The notes under the pieces: model-generated | What the model was told of the DNA's origin: nothing | Database searches by the model: none | What the model saw: the letters and a program-made list of their open reading frames with translations, nothing else | DNA from: Candidatus Woesearchaeota archaeon | Lineage (GTDB): Archaea; Nanobdellota; Nanobdellia; Woesearchaeales; 0-14-0-80-44-23 | Direction: 5' to 3' | Length of the DNA stretch: 64,000 nt | Assembly (NCBI GenBank): GCA_038874135.1 | Contig: JAVZCZ010000001.1 | Location: 416,001-480,000 of the forward strand | Shown: positions 38,901 through 48,298 of the stretch, in pieces | Layout of the letters: each line of letters starts with the position of its first letter | How positions within the stretch are numbered: position 1 is the first letter of the stretch | Made by a program: the position numbers and the translations under genes

Positions 38901-41900
38901 AGTGTAGTTATGTTAAATAAGGAGGTATCATTTAAAGAGAAGTTTAGTTCATCTCCGTAAGGTATGTCTGGGTCTGAGGCATTTATATAAAGCACAAATT
39001 GAGATTCTGCTCTCAACTGCTGAGTGCCGATTGGATTAAGTTTAGGCGGGTCCGGAAGGCAGTTTACAGAAACTTTAAAGTTGTTGCTGTATGTCTCGTT
39101 TTCAGAATCAGAAGCTACAACCATCACAGTCTGATTTCCGCACCAGTTGCTCGCTGCTGAGAGCAAAACATTTCTATTTTCATCTACAACCATGCTTATT
39201 GCTGAGGCGCTGCCATTGGAAAGTTCAATGCGGAAGGTTAAATTATCTTTGTTGGCATCAGTGCATTCCAGCTCGTCAGGATCGTAGAATATTCTATTTA
39301 GATTAAATGCGTTTTGAAGGAAAGAGTCCTCATCCCAGGATTGGTTTTCAATTGTTCCGTTAAGCACAGGTGGCCTATTGAGGTTTGTAACATTTACTGT
39401 CCAGGAATGAGAATCATTTAAGTTATATGAATCTCTTACCATTACAGTTATGTTGTGAAGTCCAGCATCACAGAAGCTTGTAGTGTAGTTGATTGCGCTC
39501 TTGTTATATTCAAAAGGATTGTTATCAACATACCATTCTGAGGTCAGATAGTCTCCATAGGGAATGTCAGGATCACTGGCAGTGTAGTTAAACATGAAGC
39601 CAAGCGTGTAGTTCTCTTCAATGGAGACGCTCTCATTTTGAGGGAACCATCCTGTTATTGATGGGGGGTCGTTAATGTTTAGGATGGTGTAAGTTGGCTG
39701 CTTCTGGTCTAGAAGAACTCCGTTTTCTGCCTTTACGGATATTGTGACGATGTGCGATCCGACATCTGAATTACTGGGTGTGAATGTTATTCTGCCGCAG
39801 GTGTTGTTTATCTTCTCTATTGAGGAAAATAACGGGTTTCCTACAAGGGTGTCAAATGTTATGTTCTGATCGTATGGATTCGTTACATACACATAGACTG
39901 TTACATTTTCGCTCTGGTTAAATGTCATGTCTGAGGGAACAGGATTAAAACAGATGTCTCCACTGCATATGAATTCAAACCCTGTTATTGAAAGCCTTCT
40001 CCCGAGAAGACCGCGCTGATTTGCCACAATTAGGCCTGATATTATAAGCAGGAGCATTATTGCAGCTATGCCTGCGGTTAAGTTATGCTTGTGAGCATCT
40101 TTTCTGGCCATGCCTGTTCTGCTTCCCCCTATTCTGTTGTAAAGCTGAATTATTTTTTGTTTTAAAATCTTTTTTTCTTCCTCTTTTAGTATGGAATATT
40201 CAGTGAGTATTTTTGAATATGCTTCTCTGGCAAGTGGAAGGTTACTATTTTCAGCTGCCCTGTTGCCCTCTTCTATTAGTTCCAGTATCCTGAAAGCTGA
40301 GGGGCTGTGAAGCTTCATTGAACTCTCGTCAGGTTTTAGGTTCAGCTTCTCTGCCTCCTGGCTGATTTTTATTATTAAATCCCTACTTAATTTAAGCGCT
40401 TTTGCTAAGTTCTGTGGTGAAGCCTTAAATCTTGCGAATTCCATCTCTTCAATTATGTTGTAAAGCTTTGAAGCTGCTTCTTTAATCTCTCCGCTGAGAG
40501 GGAGGATTTCTAACTCTCTTGAAAGGTCCTGTGCAGTAAACTCGTATCTTAAACCAAAGCCTTCCTGAAAGAAGGTTCTCACTGCAAATGAAAGCTGCTG
40601 AGCAGACTTTTTAATACTATTTTTAGCAATATTGCTGGATATACCTTCCAGGTGAAGCAGAGCCCTCTCCTCTGCTGTCAGTATTGGGTTCTCAGCTGGA
40701 GTCTTCATAAAATTCAATGAAGAAACTCCCCTGGCAACCACTTTTGCAATTCCTATGAGTATAATTGCTGAGAGGGAAAGCGTGAAAAAAATTAGAATAC
40801 CCTTTTGCCTACTCCCAACCACGCTGAGCTGTGCAGGCATCTCAATCTTAGAGCACGGCTGGCATGGTCCTCCGCAGTCAACTCCTGTTTCGCCCTGGTT
40901 CTGTATTCCGTCAGAGCAGTTGGGGCAGGGAGCACATAGTCCTCCGCAGTCAACTCCGGTTTCAAGGCCATTCTTTATCAGGTCTGAGCAGCTTGGACAG
41001 CTCGGGCAGGGCCCTCCGCAGTCCACGCCCTCCTCGCCATTGTTCTTTACCAGGTCGTAGCAGGACGGCTCGTATAGGCACTCAGAATATTCTTCCGGCT
41101 TGCTTCTGTTTGTACTGCAGTTGTGCAGGTCTATGCAGTTTCTGAGGCGTATTCCTGAGTATAGGCATGGGCTCCATTCAGTGCAATTCCAGAGTGGTAT
41201 GCATGAGGAAGACATTCCGCCTCCTGAGCTTGTTTCTTTGGGAGGAACGTGTATTACTGAGAGGAGCACCTCGTTGCTCTCAGCTATAAGCCCTGCTGGG
41301 TCGTGAGCATAGAATCTTACTGTTTGGTTTCCGTACCAGAAGTATTCCGGCTGTAGCGTTATCATGCTGGAGTTGCTTATTTCCACTTTTATGTGCGGCA
41401 CGGGGCTTGAGTCGTATCTGAGTTTTTCCCCGTCTGGGTCTGCGAAGTAGTCGTTCAGGTATAATCCTGAGAACTGCCTATTTTCCAGCCATGTAATGTT
41501 GGGTATTGGAGAGATTAAAACTGGAGGCCTGTTTGTGATTAGGAAGGTAGAGTATTTAGTTAACGATTGAATTTCAAGTTCTGGAGAGTAGCAGGTGACT
41601 GTCCAGTTGTGTATTCCCGTTGTGGTAAAGCTTCTTGTGTATTCGTATAGCAGGCTCGCGTTGTTGAAGCTCATCCGTACAGGAGTAGCGTATCTGTTAT
41701 TTTCTTCAAAGCTTGCTTCGCAGTAGTATTGGCTTCCGTTAAGAATAATGCCGCCTATTGTAGTGAAGTTTGCGTAGAATGTTACATTTTGAAGCACGAA
41801 TCTCTCATACTTGTCTGTGTCGCTGAATATTTTCAGGATTGGAGTCATGTTTTCTGCTACTGAGAAGAAGAGTCTTTCTCCAATTCCGAATGTGTATACT

Positions 41901-42742
41901 CTCATTATGTATGTTGAGTTGTTATAAGCTAAGAACTTGCAGATTGAGTTGGGACAGTTCTTTCCGTTTGCCATTGGTTTTGGTGCTTTGAAGGATAGGT
42001 TGTAAAATTCAAGTATCGCCTGCACGTCCAGGCAGGGCTCTGCGCTTGTATCTACTGATATGTTGTTGTGTTCTATTTTTACATTAGAATTGAGGTCTGC
42101 AGCATCAAAGTTTAATGTTGAATCTGAGAAGTTGATCAAGCCGACATCTGGAATTCCTATTGTAGCATCTCTTATTCTTACCCAAGAGGTAAAGTTTGAA
42201 AAGTTAGTTGTAAGCTGGTTTGCATACTTACTCCAGATTGGCGGCTGGTCTATATTGTTGATTGATATCTTTCTGACAAGAGCTATTTTCTTTTCGCATA
42301 TGCTCTCTGCCCGGGCAACAAGAGTGTATCTGCAATTCGCATCGGGAATTGTTGTAGTGTTTAAGTCCATCTCGTACTGAGAGTCCCCGTCAAAAAAGAT
42401 TGTTCCAAGCCCGTACTGCTGGTCGCCGTATTGCAGGCCTAGAGAAAGGTTTGCGAACACGCTTACATTTTTTACAGTGTCTATGCTGTAAAGGTTTGTT
42501 GCATAAATCTTTATTCGTTCAGTCCCGTTAAGAACGGCCCAGGATTGGGGGTAGATGAACCACACTTCTGAGGGTGGCCCGACGCAGAGTCTGATTTGTG
42601 TGGTAGTTTTTCCTAGGAGAGGTTGAGATGGCAGGGAAAGGTAGAGGAATGTGAAGTTTAGGCAGACGATTATTAGGAGGAGTAGAGAGAAAATGAAGAG
42701 GGCTATCCTGTTGTTCTCATCTCCTGAATCTGGATTGTTCAT
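35975..42742 (-). CDS. Giant (2255 aa) cell-surface protein with cadherin/Ig-like repeats, Cys-rich repeats and four TM segments
   Basis: Recurrent N(R/D/H/N)PP...A.DPD.D.L.F ~95-aa units, many N-x-S/T sequons; hydrophobic helices near aa 15-35, 650-670, 890-910 and the C-terminus. Confidence 0.85.
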   Translation of the reverse strand: MNNPDSGDENNRIALFIFSLLLLIIVCLNFTFLYLSLPSQPLLGKTTTQIRLCVGPPSEVWFIYPQSWAVLNGTERIKIYATNLYSIDTVKNVSVFANLSLGLQYGDQQYGLGTIFFDGDSQYEMDLNTTTIPDANCRYTLVARAESICEKKIALVRKISINNIDQPPIWSKYANQLTTNFSNFTSWVRIRDATIGIPDVGLINFSDSTLNFDAADLNSNVKIEHNNISVDTSAEPCLDVQAILEFYNLSFKAPKPMANGKNCPNSICKFLAYNNSTYIMRVYTFGIGERLFFSVAENMTPILKIFSDTDKYERFVLQNVTFYANFTTIGGIILNGSQYYCEASFEENNRYATPVRMSFNNASLLYEYTRSFTTTGIHNWTVTCYSPELEIQSLTKYSTFLITNRPPVLISPIPNITWLENRQFSGLYLNDYFADPDGEKLRYDSSPVPHIKVEISNSSMITLQPEYFWYGNQTVRFYAHDPAGLIAESNEVLLSVIHVPPKETSSGGGMSSSCIPLWNCTEWSPCLYSGIRLRNCIDLHNCSTNRSKPEEYSECLYEPSCYDLVKNNGEEGVDCGGPCPSCPSCSDLIKNGLETGVDCGGLCAPCPNCSDGIQNQGETGVDCGGPCQPCSKIEMPAQLSVVGSRQKGILIFFTLSLSAIILIGIAKVVARGVSSLNFMKTPAENPILTAEERALLHLEGISSNIAKNSIKKSAQQLSFAVRTFFQEGFGLRYEFTAQDLSRELEILPLSGEIKEAASKLYNIIEEMEFARFKASPQNLAKALKLSRDLIIKISQEAEKLNLKPDESSMKLHSPSAFRILELIEEGNRAAENSNLPLAREAYSKILTEYSILKEEEKKILKQKIIQLYNRIGGSRTGMARKDAHKHNLTAGIAAIMLLLIISGLIVANQRGLLGRRLSITGFEFICSGDICFNPVPSDMTFNQSENVTVYVYVTNPYDQNITFDTLVGNPLFSSIEKINNTCGRITFTPSNSDVGSHIVTISVKAENGVLLDQKQPTYTILNINDPPSITGWFPQNESVSIEENYTLGFMFNYTASDPDIPYGDYLTSEWYVDNNPFEYNKSAINYTTSFCDAGLHNITVMVRDSYNLNDSHSWTVNVTNLNRPPVLNGTIENQSWDEDSFLQNAFNLNRIFYDPDELECTDANKDNLTFRIELSNGSASAISMVVDENRNVLLSAASNWCGNQTVMVVASDSENETYSNNFKVSVNCLPDPPKLNPIGTQQLRAESQFVLYINASDPDIPYGDELNFSLNDTSLFNITTLSPIGIAVINFTPTNEQIGEYVIKIIVTDSDSFSDAEDVLFNISNNHAPIIEPISNQSVNETSTFTMQVLATDPDNDNITFSATSNNYFPSLYISSTGLMNFTLNQGDVGNHTVTIIATDVWGAYSNYSFNFEVININQKPELEELGTKRAKINKPFALIIRAFDPDIMCGDTLTFQLNDSSLFSLQYYNETAVMINFTPSEAQIGNYSFTINVSDAYGEHDSKQLNITIDYNFIPQILISEINATEGDNFYMNFSQYVLDLDNDPLNFSYVLLDDFPNFYLSQSGLMYFTLNKSDIGNHTINITVSDEENQSTKQLLFRVLPINNPPTLIPSDELIAYENTTFIIQINATDLENDPLEFIYTLLDSFPNFRMLSSGLINFTPNSTDIGTHMINITVREVLNYSRNDSKMFKITVKHKNNPPEIMEYAPINLTVLMYENESVTFTQHTVDPDFDNITYSWILDGVPNSTAENFTYAPGYFGSGVHLLQFIASDGENETSITWNITVLNVNRPPYFGIFYDTNFENNSYYQNLSFTHSVELALENSSQHYLKGALISRVLDLQEDNSNYPHFTINSAEYLGYVPSETSVQLYLRTSSDNTNWGAWTECNPECANLTSNRYVQYQLVLLTSRSEQTPVIEAVRINYTISNVTIPDNINLWWVYLGNFFKDDDLENLTYNYTMLSGVGFLNLTMSLNGRVQLIPLAEGNAVIKFSASDPEGANVESNAVNVTIKKISSPVPVPQNSGGGSTTVVFQQIPKEVPYSMNIIVPQPITIYKNETISIPIKIVNSGNITLNKISLDVTSENKNVTISISPELIERLNPGEEAGATVIITSYQMFGSYEVLVRAMVEDPRFNETNKIFINSLEKGTLDRKALDMRIAYTRDLLSQNSICLELNEFIKQAEADVEMGNYEKAARVLSSVVENCQYLISQKERIYQKPSTFSLKITRNFIIVASSLAVIFILTLSVVLYTRRKFK
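40854..41066 (-). repeat. Three tandem 24-aa Cys-rich repeats (C.D...N..E.GVDCGG.C..C)
   Basis: SCYDLVKNNGEEGVDCGGPC / SCSDLIKNGLETGVDCGGLC / NCSDGIQNQGETGVDCGGPC; 72-bp periodic TCCGCAGTC. Confidence 0.85.
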
Positions 42743-42921
42743 TTTTTTGCCTCTTCCTTTTCTTCTTTTTGATATTGCTGTTTATATCTCAAAACTAGGG
42801 AGCGTATTGCCTCGCGAGCAAGTTCTGTTTGACTTGAGAATATTCCTATATCTATAAGCTCGTCAATATCCTTTTTAAGCTGCTTTCCAACCCTTATATG
42901 CAAGAGCTCATCTTTAGACAT
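42739..42921 (-). CDS. Ribbon-helix-helix (CopG/Arc/MetJ-like) DNA-binding protein
   Basis: 60 aa: LLHIRV strand, ..IDELIDIGIFSSQTELAREAIR helices; overlaps the start of the giant gene by 4 bp. Confidence 0.85.
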   Translation of the reverse strand: MSKDELLHIRVGKQLKKDIDELIDIGIFSSQTELAREAIRSLVLRYKQQYQKEEKEEAKK

Positions 42922-42931
42922 TCAGGATTTA

Positions 42932-43002
42932 TGTATCGTTTTGATATATAAATATTTCTATACCAATATACAAAACCAAAATAGATATATCAAAATGATA
43001 CA
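42932..43002. promoter_or_regulatory. 18-bp inverted repeat (17/18 match) overlapping the promoter of the RHH/giant-protein operon
   Basis: TGTATCGTTTTGATATAT (42932-42949) and ATATATCAAAATGATACA (42985-43002); minus-strand TTTATATA box at about 42945-42952. Confidence 0.7.
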
Positions 43003-43025
43003 CTTCCGTTTTAGAGAATAGGAAA

Positions 43026-43100
43026 CGCGCCTGGGGAGATTCGAACTCCCGACCCACAGCTTAGGAGGCTGTTGCCCTATCCAGACTGGGCTACAGGCGC
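43026..43100 (-). tRNA. tRNA-Arg(CCT), intronless
   Basis: GCGCCTG/CAGGCGC acceptor, GCCC/GGGC D stem, ACAGC-CTCCTAA-GCTGT anticodon arm, GGGAG-TTCGAAT-CTCCC T arm. Confidence 0.96.
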
Positions 43101-43174
43101 ATAAAAGTTTAACACGGGAATTAACCCGGGACTTTTAAATATTACTAAAACATAAAGAAAGGATGAGAAGAGGC

Positions 43175-43402
43175 TCAGCTCTGCTCAATATCTCTATATA
43201 TCTGAGCGGTTATTCCGAGAATCACAAGAAACACTAGAATACCGCCGAGAAACAAAATATCTGTTTGCCTTGAAACATTAGAAGCAGAAACCGCCATTCC
43301 CGAAGGCCCTCCCGCAATCCAGTTGAGCAGGGTTATTGCCCCGATGACTGTTATTGTTGCTGATACTATCAGGATTACCTTCTGCCAGTTTTTATCTATC
43401 AT
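43175..43402 (-). CDS. Small two-TM membrane protein (75 aa)
   Basis: Likely start ATG at 43402 after GGGAG (the ORF track start at 43498 collides with truD); two hydrophobic helices. Confidence 0.6.
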   Translation of the reverse strand: MIDKNWQKVILIVSATITVIGAITLLNWIAGGPSGMAVSASNVSRQTDILFLGGILVFLVILGITAQIYRDIEQS

Positions 43403-43496
43403 AATCTCCCCACTTTGTTTAATAAAGTTTTGTTTAAATATTTTTCCAATACTTTTTTGAAATAAATTTTTAAATTCAACAATTTGTCCAGGAAGC

Positions 43497-44693
43497 ATGT
43501 ATAAGATAAAGCAGCTGCCTGAAGACTTTTTTGTAAGGGAGATTGCCAGGCACGAATTCAGAGAAAAAGGGGATTACGCTTATTACATTATGAGAAAGAA
43601 AAATTATACCACGCAGAGGGCTGCCGAGAGGGTTGCTGATTTTCTCGGAGTAAAGCGTGAGGACTTCAGCTATGCAGGATTGAAGGACAGGAATGCTGTT
43701 ACTGAACAATTTGTTTCAATAAGAAGCAGGGAATCGCCTACAGAGATAAAACTTCCGGATATTGAGCTTAAGCTTCTGGGCAGAGGCTATGTTAAGATCG
43801 GAATAGGCGAATTGGATGGGAACGAGTTCAAGATAACAGTCAGAAACTTAGAAATTTCAGATATAATAAGGCTCTATAACCGCTTTGCAGAAGAAGAGAT
43901 GCTGGAAGATTTTCAGCTCTCAGAATCGGGGTTGAAGGTTCTATTCAACGAACTTAAAGAGATAACCAATTCAAGAGGAATATTCTTTCCGAACTATTTT
44001 GGAAATCAGAGATTTTCCAAGAACAATTACGAAGTTGGAAGAAGCCTACTCCTAAGGGACTTTAAAGGCGCAATTAATAAGATACTCTGCTTTGACATTC
44101 CTGAAGAGAGTGTCAAGAATCATTGGGAAAACTGGGATGAGCTTCTTAAGATTGCAAGAGCTGAGAGCAGCAAGGAAATTCTAAAACACCTCTCCCAAAA
44201 CAGCAGGGATTATGTTGGCGCTCTTAGGAGAATTCCCAAAAGGATTCTAAGATTATACATAGGAAGCTTTCAGGCCTTCTTGTTTAACGAAGCACTATCC
44301 GCAAAGGTCAGGAGTAGGTTTGAAAAATACTTTGAAGTCAATTACAAACTTGGCAGGATGGCTTTTCCTGAAAAGATTATTGATAAGCCAAATAATGAAA
44401 AAATCTCACTTCCAGGATTCGGAAGTGATAAAGTAGACGAACAGGTTTCTAAAATACTTGAAAGGGAAGGGATCTCCCAGCGAAGCTTCATAATAAGAGA
44501 AATGCCAGAGCTGTCTGCTGAGGGAACTGAGAGGGATGCCTTCTGCGCTGCTGAAAGGTTCACAATTACAGGCATTTCAAGAGATGAGTTGAACAGTGGA
44601 AGATTCAAAATTGAACTCTCATTTTATCTGAGAAAGGGAAGTTATGCCACCATACTCATTGACTTCCTATTTGGTCAGAATATTTTGAACTGA
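43497..44693 (+). CDS. truD: tRNA pseudouridine(13) synthase
   Basis: KQLPEDFFVRE, YAGLKDRNAVTEQ, GNEFKI, PNYFGNQRF, KGSYAT motifs. Confidence 0.95.
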   Translation: MYKIKQLPEDFFVREIARHEFREKGDYAYYIMRKKNYTTQRAAERVADFLGVKREDFSYAGLKDRNAVTEQFVSIRSRESPTEIKLPDIELKLLGRGYVKIGIGELDGNEFKITVRNLEISDIIRLYNRFAEEEMLEDFQLSESGLKVLFNELKEITNSRGIFFPNYFGNQRFSKNNYEVGRSLLLRDFKGAINKILCFDIPEESVKNHWENWDELLKIARAESSKEILKHLSQNSRDYVGALRRIPKRILRLYIGSFQAFLFNEALSAKVRSRFEKYFEVNYKLGRMAFPEKIIDKPNNEKISLPGFGSDKVDEQVSKILEREGISQRSFIIREMPELSAEGTERDAFCAAERFTITGISRDELNSGRFKIELSFYLRKGSYATILIDFLFGQNILN

Positions 44694-45327
44694 AGAATTC
44701 ATCTATTCTTTTTATCAGTTCTCTATGAACCTCAGAAGCACTCCTATTCCCATCAATAGTTATGAGCATGCATTTTTCAGAATAGTGCTCTGCAACTCTT
44801 TCTGTAATCCTGTGGTATATGCTAACCCTGTGCCAGAAGGAATCCTCAGAATCATCAGCCCGCCTAACAAGCTGAACCTTGCAAGTATCGCATAGAGTGT
44901 CTCTTCTCGGCTTAGGCCCTGTTATCATGTTGTAAACTGCTGAACACTTGGGACAGTAAAGCCTTCCCATTATTCGCGCTTTTGCAACCTCATCCTCCAA
45001 GGATATTAAAATGGCGAGGTCAATTCCTATTCTGCTGTCCAGAAACTGCGCCTGAGCCAAATTTCTCGGATAGCCATCCAGAATGAAACCTCGCTTACAG
45101 TCCGGCATGGATATCCTACTTTTAACCATTTTGTTGATTATGGAGTCGGGAACCAGCTTTCCCTCACTTGTTAGTTGAAAAACTTTCTTAGCCAGTTGAG
45201 TGTTTCTGTTAAGCTCAGCTCTGAGCAGGTCTCCAGTGGATATGTGAGCTATATGATAATGCCTCGCTAGCATTTCAGCCTGGGTTCCCTTCCCCGAACC
45301 AGGCATCCCTATTATTATCGTTTTCAT
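44656..45327 (-). CDS. adk: Adenylate kinase (bacterial-type, Zn-lid)
   Basis: Likely start MKTIIIG at 45327; GMPGSGKGTQA, HISTGDLLR, GFILDGYPRN, CPKC..CDTC lid. Confidence 0.93.
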   Translation of the reverse strand: MKTIIIGMPGSGKGTQAEMLARHYHIAHISTGDLLRAELNRNTQLAKKVFQLTSEGKLVPDSIINKMVKSRISMPDCKRGFILDGYPRNLAQAQFLDSRIGIDLAILISLEDEVAKARIMGRLYCPKCSAVYNMITGPKPRRDTLCDTCKVQLVRRADDSEDSFWHRVSIYHRITERVAEHYSEKCMLITIDGNRSASEVHRELIKRIDEFFSSKYSDQIGSQ

Positions 45328-45328
45328 C

Positions 45329-47638
45329 TTATCCGAAATATCCCGGACTTTCTTCCTTCTCCTTTTTCCTCTTCTCCTTAGCATAAGCAAGCTTTGCAAC
45401 TTCCTTAAAGTCCTTATAAGCCTTCATCAGCTCAGGCGTTATTGAAGGCGATACCTTCTTAAGTGCTTCTTTGAAGTTTTGAGCACTCACTTCCTTAGCA
45501 TTTATGTCCTTTCTAAGAGCCAAGATTGCTGCCTCCCTGCAAACAGCCTCTATCTCTGAACCCACATAGCCTTCAGTCTTCTTAGCAAGCTCTTCAAGAT
45601 TCACATCCTTAGCCAACGGCATTCCCTTAGTGTGAATCTTAAAGATTTCCAGTCTCGCCTTCTCGTCAGGCATATCAGTAAGTATGAGCCTATCAAACCT
45701 TCCTGGCCTTAGAAGTGCGGGGTCCATAATGTCTGGCCTGTTAGTAGATGCTATAACTACAACATCGTGAAGTTCCTCCAAGCCGTCAATCTCAGTGAGC
45801 AGCTGGTTAAGGATTCTGTCAGTCACTTGAGAGTCAGAGCTGGAGCCTCTTCTAGGGGCTAAGGCGTCAATCTCGTCAAAGAATACAATTACAGGTGCGT
45901 TCTGCCTCGCCTTCTTGAAAACTTCTCTAACTGCCTTTTCAGACTCTCCAACCCACTTGCTCAAAAGCTCGGGGCCCTTAACAGGTATGAAGTTGGCTTG
46001 CGACTCGTTTGCAACCGCCTTAGCCAGCAGGGTCTTCCCAGTCCCGGGAGGTCCGTAAAGCAGGATTCCCCTCGGAGGCCTTATACCCATCCTCTTAAAG
46101 GCTTGAGGATACTTAAATGGCCACTCAACAGCCTCTTTGAGCTCCTGTTTTGCATCCTCCATTCCGCCAACATCTTCCCACTTAACCTTCGGAATCTCCA
46201 CCAGCACTTCCCTCATTGCAGAAGGCCTTACAACCTTGAGAGCGTCCTTAAAGTCCACTTGTTTTACTATAAGCTTTTCCAGAACCTCCTGAGGCAGGGG
46301 CTCGTCCTCCTTTATTTTCAAATCTGGAACAACCCTTCTAAGCACTATCATCGCAGCCTCCTTTGCAAGTGCTTCCAGGTCTGCGCCTACGAAGCCGTGG
46401 GTGATATCAGCAATCTCTCTAAGATTTACATCCTTAGCAAGGGGCATGTTTCTGGTGTGAATCTGAAGAATCTCGTAACGGGCGTCAGCGTTCGGAACTC
46501 CGATCTCTATCTCCCTATCAAACCTTCCAGGCCTTCTAAGAGCTGGGTCTATCATGTTTGGAACATTTGTAGCTGCAATTACAACAACCTTACCTCTGGA
46601 TTTTAATCCATCCATAAGTGCAAGCAGCTGAGCAACTACCCTCCTTTCAACCTCTCCCTTGCTTTCTTCCCTCTTAGAAGCAATAGCGTCTATCTCGTCA
46701 ATAAAGATTATGGAAGGAGCATTTGCTTCAGCTTCCTCAAACTTCTTTCTGAGATTTTCTTCACTCTGGCCGTAGAACTTGCTCATAATCTCTGGACCGT
46801 TAATCAGTATGAAGTGCGACTGAGTCTCGTTTGCAACCGCCTTAGCCAGCAGGGTCTTCCCAGTCCCGGGAGGTCCGTGTAATAATACACCCTTAGGAGG
46901 CTCTATTCCCAACCTTTCAAATATTTCAGGATGCTTAAGCGGAAGTTCAACCATTTCCCTTATCTTTTTTATCTCATTAGAAAGTCCGCCTATATCCTCA
47001 TATGAGACATCTGCAATTCTGGCCTCTGAAACCTCAACTGCTCTCGGGCTTATCTGAATCTCAGTAAGCTCAGTTATCTGAACCGCCTTCTTCGGAACTG
47101 TATCCACTATCATCAGTGCAATATTCCCGAAGCCAAGAGGAAATGCTGTGAAGCTGTCCAGCTGCCTAAGAGCTTCTGTCACCTCATCTGCGAATGGGGA
47201 AATTGATTCTGAAAGAGAAGTTCGCCTGTATCCAGTCCAGGTCGGAATAACCACATCTCCCTTTAAAACATACCTGCCGAGCAGGGCGTCTCTAAATATG
47301 TTTGGAGATGAAACTCTAAGCTCCATCTCCTTCTTCGCAGGGGCAACTATTATCTTCTTAGCCTCTTTTACCTCAACCTTTCTAACCCTAACTATGTCCC
47401 CTATGCTTGTCTGGGCGTTCCTCCTAGTAACGCCGTCCATCCTAACTATTCCCAAGCCCTCGTCTCCCGGATAAGCCCGGTCCACCATCGCCACGGTTTT
47501 CCTGCCACCTTCTATCTCTACAGGATCGCCCGGCTTCAATCCGAGAATCTTCCTAGACTCAGCATCAATTCTCACAACTCCCCTATTAACATCTTCCTGC
47601 TGGGCCTCAGCAACCTTCAGTTTTAACTCTTCAGCCAT
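45329..47638 (-). CDS. cdc48: CDC48/VCP-like AAA+ ATPase
   Basis: N-domain plus two AAA modules (GPPGTGKT twice, DEID twice, [20 protein letters not shown]); C-terminal GYFG tail. Confidence 0.96.
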   Translation of the reverse strand: MAEELKLKVAEAQQEDVNRGVVRIDAESRKILGLKPGDPVEIEGGRKTVAMVDRAYPGDEGLGIVRMDGVTRRNAQTSIGDIVRVRKVEVKEAKKIIVAPAKKEMELRVSSPNIFRDALLGRYVLKGDVVIPTWTGYRRTSLSESISPFADEVTEALRQLDSFTAFPLGFGNIALMIVDTVPKKAVQITELTEIQISPRAVEVSEARIADVSYEDIGGLSNEIKKIREMVELPLKHPEIFERLGIEPPKGVLLHGPPGTGKTLLAKAVANETQSHFILINGPEIMSKFYGQSEENLRKKFEEAEANAPSIIFIDEIDAIASKREESKGEVERRVVAQLLALMDGLKSRGKVVVIAATNVPNMIDPALRRPGRFDREIEIGVPNADARYEILQIHTRNMPLAKDVNLREIADITHGFVGADLEALAKEAAMIVLRRVVPDLKIKEDEPLPQEVLEKLIVKQVDFKDALKVVRPSAMREVLVEIPKVKWEDVGGMEDAKQELKEAVEWPFKYPQAFKRMGIRPPRGILLYGPPGTGKTLLAKAVANESQANFIPVKGPELLSKWVGESEKAVREVFKKARQNAPVIVFFDEIDALAPRRGSSSDSQVTDRILNQLLTEIDGLEELHDVVVIASTNRPDIMDPALLRPGRFDRLILTDMPDEKARLEIFKIHTKGMPLAKDVNLEELAKKTEGYVGSEIEAVCREAAILALRKDINAKEVSAQNFKEALKKVSPSITPELMKAYKDFKEVAKLAYAKEKRKKEKEESPGYFG
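46004..46878. repeat. 53-bp exact direct repeat (46004-46056 and 46826-46878) within cdc48
   Basis: CTCGTTTGCAACCGCCTTAGCCAGCAGGGTCTTCCCAGTCCCGGGAGGTCCGT is present identically twice. Confidence 0.9.
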
Positions 47639-47732
47639 GTGCTCACCCCGATTAGCGTAAATCTGAAAGCGTTATATCTTTAAATGGAATTTTGTATTTA
47701 AATAAATTTTTGAAAAGAAAAGAGAAAAATGC

Positions 47733-48179
47733 TTAGCCGATGTACTCGTTACTTCCCTTTTGTTCGCTCTGCTGTTCATTCACTCGTGGAAAAGGAATAG
47801 GAGGTGGAAGTGAAAGCTCTCTGCTAATAACTACTGCCTCAACAGTTGCTCTAGCGAGGATAGCGTCCATTATCTCCTTTACAAGTTCCTTAAGCAATGT
47901 TTTGCTCTTCTTCCATTCCTTAACTGCACTCTCTGCAACTTCCTTTTTCTCAACAGCAATCAGCTCTCCTTCAAGTTCAATAAGTCCTATGTCGGGCGTA
48001 TAAGTTGTAGTGAATGTAAAAGAAACTTTTATCCCGCCGCTGTTCTTCTGCGATCCTCCAATCTCGGCATTCTCAACTCCCTTTATCTGGACATTATTAT
48101 TCACTTGAAGCTGTCCTGCAACTCTTTTCTTGTTCTCAGCTGAAATCTTAACAAAGTTTATTCCAAGTATCAAAGACAA
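47733..48179 (-). CDS. Conserved archaeal hypothetical protein (possibly SecB-like topology)
   Basis: Four beta-strand-like segments, two helices, LSLPPPIPFP tail; SD AGGTGA. Confidence 0.65.
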   Translation of the reverse strand: MSLILGINFVKISAENKKRVAGQLQVNNNVQIKGVENAEIGGSQKNSGGIKVSFTFTTTYTPDIGLIELEGELIAVEKKEVAESAVKEWKKSKTLLKELVKEIMDAILARATVEAVVISRELSLPPPIPFPRVNEQQSEQKGSNEYIG

Positions 48180-48244
48180 TCACCTTTCCTTAATGAAATT
48201 GGGCGCGAATTTAAAAACTTTGCTAAAATGTGCTAATATTTCAG

Positions 48245-48258
48245 GAAAAGATTTATAA
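48245..48258 (+). promoter_or_regulatory. BRE/TATA promoter of the por operon
   Basis: GAAAAG-A-TTTATAA about 40 bp upstream of the porC ATG. Confidence 0.5.
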
Positions 48259-48298
48259 TATAGTGGCTTAACAAGAAAATAAGAAATCGGCGAGTTGA

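Noticed and set aside
43103-43137. Short hairpin-like sequence upstream of tRNA-Arg(CCT); similar weak GACCCC/GGGGTT pairing at about 2438-2465
   Set aside because: The stems are too short and imperfect to distinguish from chance; there is no support for an ncRNA.
45998-46606. 202-aa plus-strand ORF and the many other antisense or shadow ORFs in the track
   Set aside because: They lie opposite or out of frame within well-supported genes and lack motifs or expression signals.
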